Assembly: GCA_026026165.1 (NCBI GenBank)
Contig: JAPEUD010000018.1
Coordinates: 62,001-126,000 of the forward strand
Reading direction: 5' to 3'
Source: Sarea resinae
Lineage: Eukaryota
Length of the DNA stretch: 64,000 bases
Every line of letters begins with the position of its first letter. Positions within the stretch are counted from its first letter, which is position 1. Below, piece after piece: positions 61,922-64,000 of this stretch. Below the pieces are notes generated by a model that saw nothing but the letters and a program-made list of their open reading frames with translations, was not told the origin of the DNA and made no database searches. A program made the translations under genes and the position numbers.

Positions 61922-63307
61922 TCAAGTAAGGGCGGGGGTATGATTTTGCAGCGCCGCAGCACTTCGCACAGGGCTGAAATAAGGGTGTGCCATCGCCTCT
62001 TTGGCCGTCAATCGTTCCTAGCCATTGTTAGATAATCACAGCCAGTATATCACGGGGGAAAATGGCACATACCTGATGATCGTATCTCAAAAGCTTGTCG
62101 AGGAAGTCAATGGCATCATTGCTGACTAGTCTTTGGTTCTCCGCGTTCACAAACGAATGCCATGGTTTCTTGGGGAATCTCCCCAGGATATCATCGTACT
62201 GTGCATCGAGCTCGATCTCATACTTGTCCAGATAGTCGAAAAGATCTTCCGTTCCGAGAACCTTGGCAATCTTCACCAGCTGGTCTGAATTGCTATTACC
62301 GTGGAAAAAGGGCTCCTTTCGGAAGATCATTGATGCGAACATGGCCCCTAAAGACCACATGTCTAGAGAGTAGTCGTACTCTTGAAAGTCTACGAGAAGC
62401 TCGGGACCTTTGAAGTATCTCGATGCTACTCGGACATTATACTCGGTGCCTTGGTGGTAGAACTCTGCCAAGCCCCAATCGATCAATCGCAACTACATCC
62501 TAGTGAGCCAAGAATCGAGGAGTGATGAAGAGATCGAGATAGTTACCTTGCGCTTCTCGTGGTCTATCATGACGTTGTGTGGCTTGACATCTCGATGCAT
62601 AATCCCTTTACTGTGGCAGAAATCAAGGGCCTTGTATAGTTGTTAGTCATCTGAGCGGTGCATCGAATAGCCATATACGCACCTTGAGCAATTCGTAGAT
62701 GTAGAATCGCACGTCGAAGTCAACAAACTTCGGGTACAGACTTCGAAAGTCCGTGTTGTTGACAAATTCGAAAATCAAGGATGGGGTCTTGCTCTGCGGC
62801 GAAGCCAAACAGTCAGTAAGCGTCTTCTATGGTGGATCATGCCAGGAGCTTTCCGTCCACATGCCGCTCCCTGATCATAGACCCAGTTGCGCCCACAACG
62901 TACCGTACTGTCCCTCACGACATCCAGCAGCGCGACGATGTTGGGGCCTCCCGACAGGTTTTGCAGGATCTTGATCTCTCGCTTTATCTTCTTCTTCTTC
63001 ACGGGCTTGAGGACCTTGATGACGCATTTCTGATAGTGAACGACGTTGATGCCCTCGAAGACCTCGGAGTATTTGCCTCGACCTAGACGGTGCAGGTCCG
63101 GTCAGCGCAAAGCGGGGTGGTGAGTGGTCGAGGCACACGATATCAGATAGAAGGTGCCCCGCAGTTAGTGAGATGGGAAGGCCTCGGCGTACCAATCTTT
63201 CGGACGACCTCATAATTCTCCAGCACGCCCCACGAGATATTGACGCTGTCGTAGTCCCAGTAAGACCTCGGCATCTGCTGGTTGACATCGGCGTAGACGC
63301 GCGCCAT
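61922..63307 (-). CDS. CKA1: Casein kinase II catalytic (alpha) subunit, multi-exon
   Basis: [88 protein letters not shown], and last exon [14 protein letters not shown]...HTPALT*. Confidence 0.97.
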
Positions 63308-64000
63308 GGTGCTGGCGGTCTAGGTGACGTGCAGAGTGCCGTTGAGGCTGATGAGATGCGGCGAGGCAGGCCACCCACCCAGTAGGATCGCAACAGGGAC
63401 GGCCTGGGTTGGATCTCGGGCGATGCGGTTCAAGACGCTCGTCCGCGCGATCGAATGGTGCGGATGAGGTCGAGTAGGAGGGCTATAGAGCGGGGACGGT
63501 GGGCGAGCAGGTAATGGCGAAGGCGAAGGCGAATGTAATGATGTTGTGCGCGTGTGCGACGCAAGATGTGTGCATTTCATTCCGCCGTCCATCGTGGCTG
63601 GGTCTCGCTTAGTAAGCCGGCAACCTCCCCTGCCGCTCGCGGGTCTTCAACTTCCTGCAGCAGACAGAGACAGACCTGGAAACTGATATGATATCCTATG
63701 ATATCCTATGATATCCAACCTCAAGAAAGGTCGAATCCATCAAGGGCGTAGCAGTGCTTTCAGACGGCTGGATTGCACTGGCCTGGCGAGGCAATGTTCT
63801 ATGATCTCAACGTCCCATGGACGCCCACCTCCCCAGATCTGCAAGCAACAATCACTTTCCTAGCTGAACGCAAGTAGCATCTCCCCTTCACGCTCCCCGA
63901 ACTCACTGACCACTGCCAAACAGTGGGCTACAATGTCGTCGCACTCAATCATACCGTAGCAGGAAAGCTACCACCAGACCTGGTACGGACTGCTTCCCGC

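Overview
Eukaryotic genomic DNA from a filamentous ascomycete (Pezizomycotina-type genes with short GT-AG introns and CTRAC/CTAAY branch sites). The species cannot be determined from the sequence. About 17 intact protein genes can be reconstructed by hand splicing: ARO8-type aminotransferase (5'-truncated by the window), UTP23, a PTC7-like PP2C, a Skg3/Caf120-like PH protein, a double ABM/dimeric alpha+beta barrel protein, a TOS1-like secreted protein, PEX13, an 86-aa G/S/N/Y-rich microprotein missed by the ORF track, ATG6, a SCM3+Myb protein, a cysteine synthase-like protein, an NDUFAF7/MidA-like methyltransferase, TFIIS, DUF1295, an orphan ORF, ValRS and CK2-alpha. A ~10 kb AT-rich island (~17.0-27.1 kb) shows patchy RIP-like mutation and carries co-oriented relics of unrelated genes (SF1 helicase, DUF3505/TLH-like, trypsin-like, coiled-coil). 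The most notable unexplained signals are: a stop-free, AUG-less, presequence-like 5' extension of ValRS; three back-to-back mini-uORFs abutting the cysteine synthase start; microsatellite-saturated 3' intergenic zones coupled to GC-rich gene ends; a TACGGAGTA motif cluster; and 60-bp repeats inside SCM3. No tRNA, rRNA, snRNA or CRISPR array could be supported. All family calls come from recognising motifs by eye; no database search was run.
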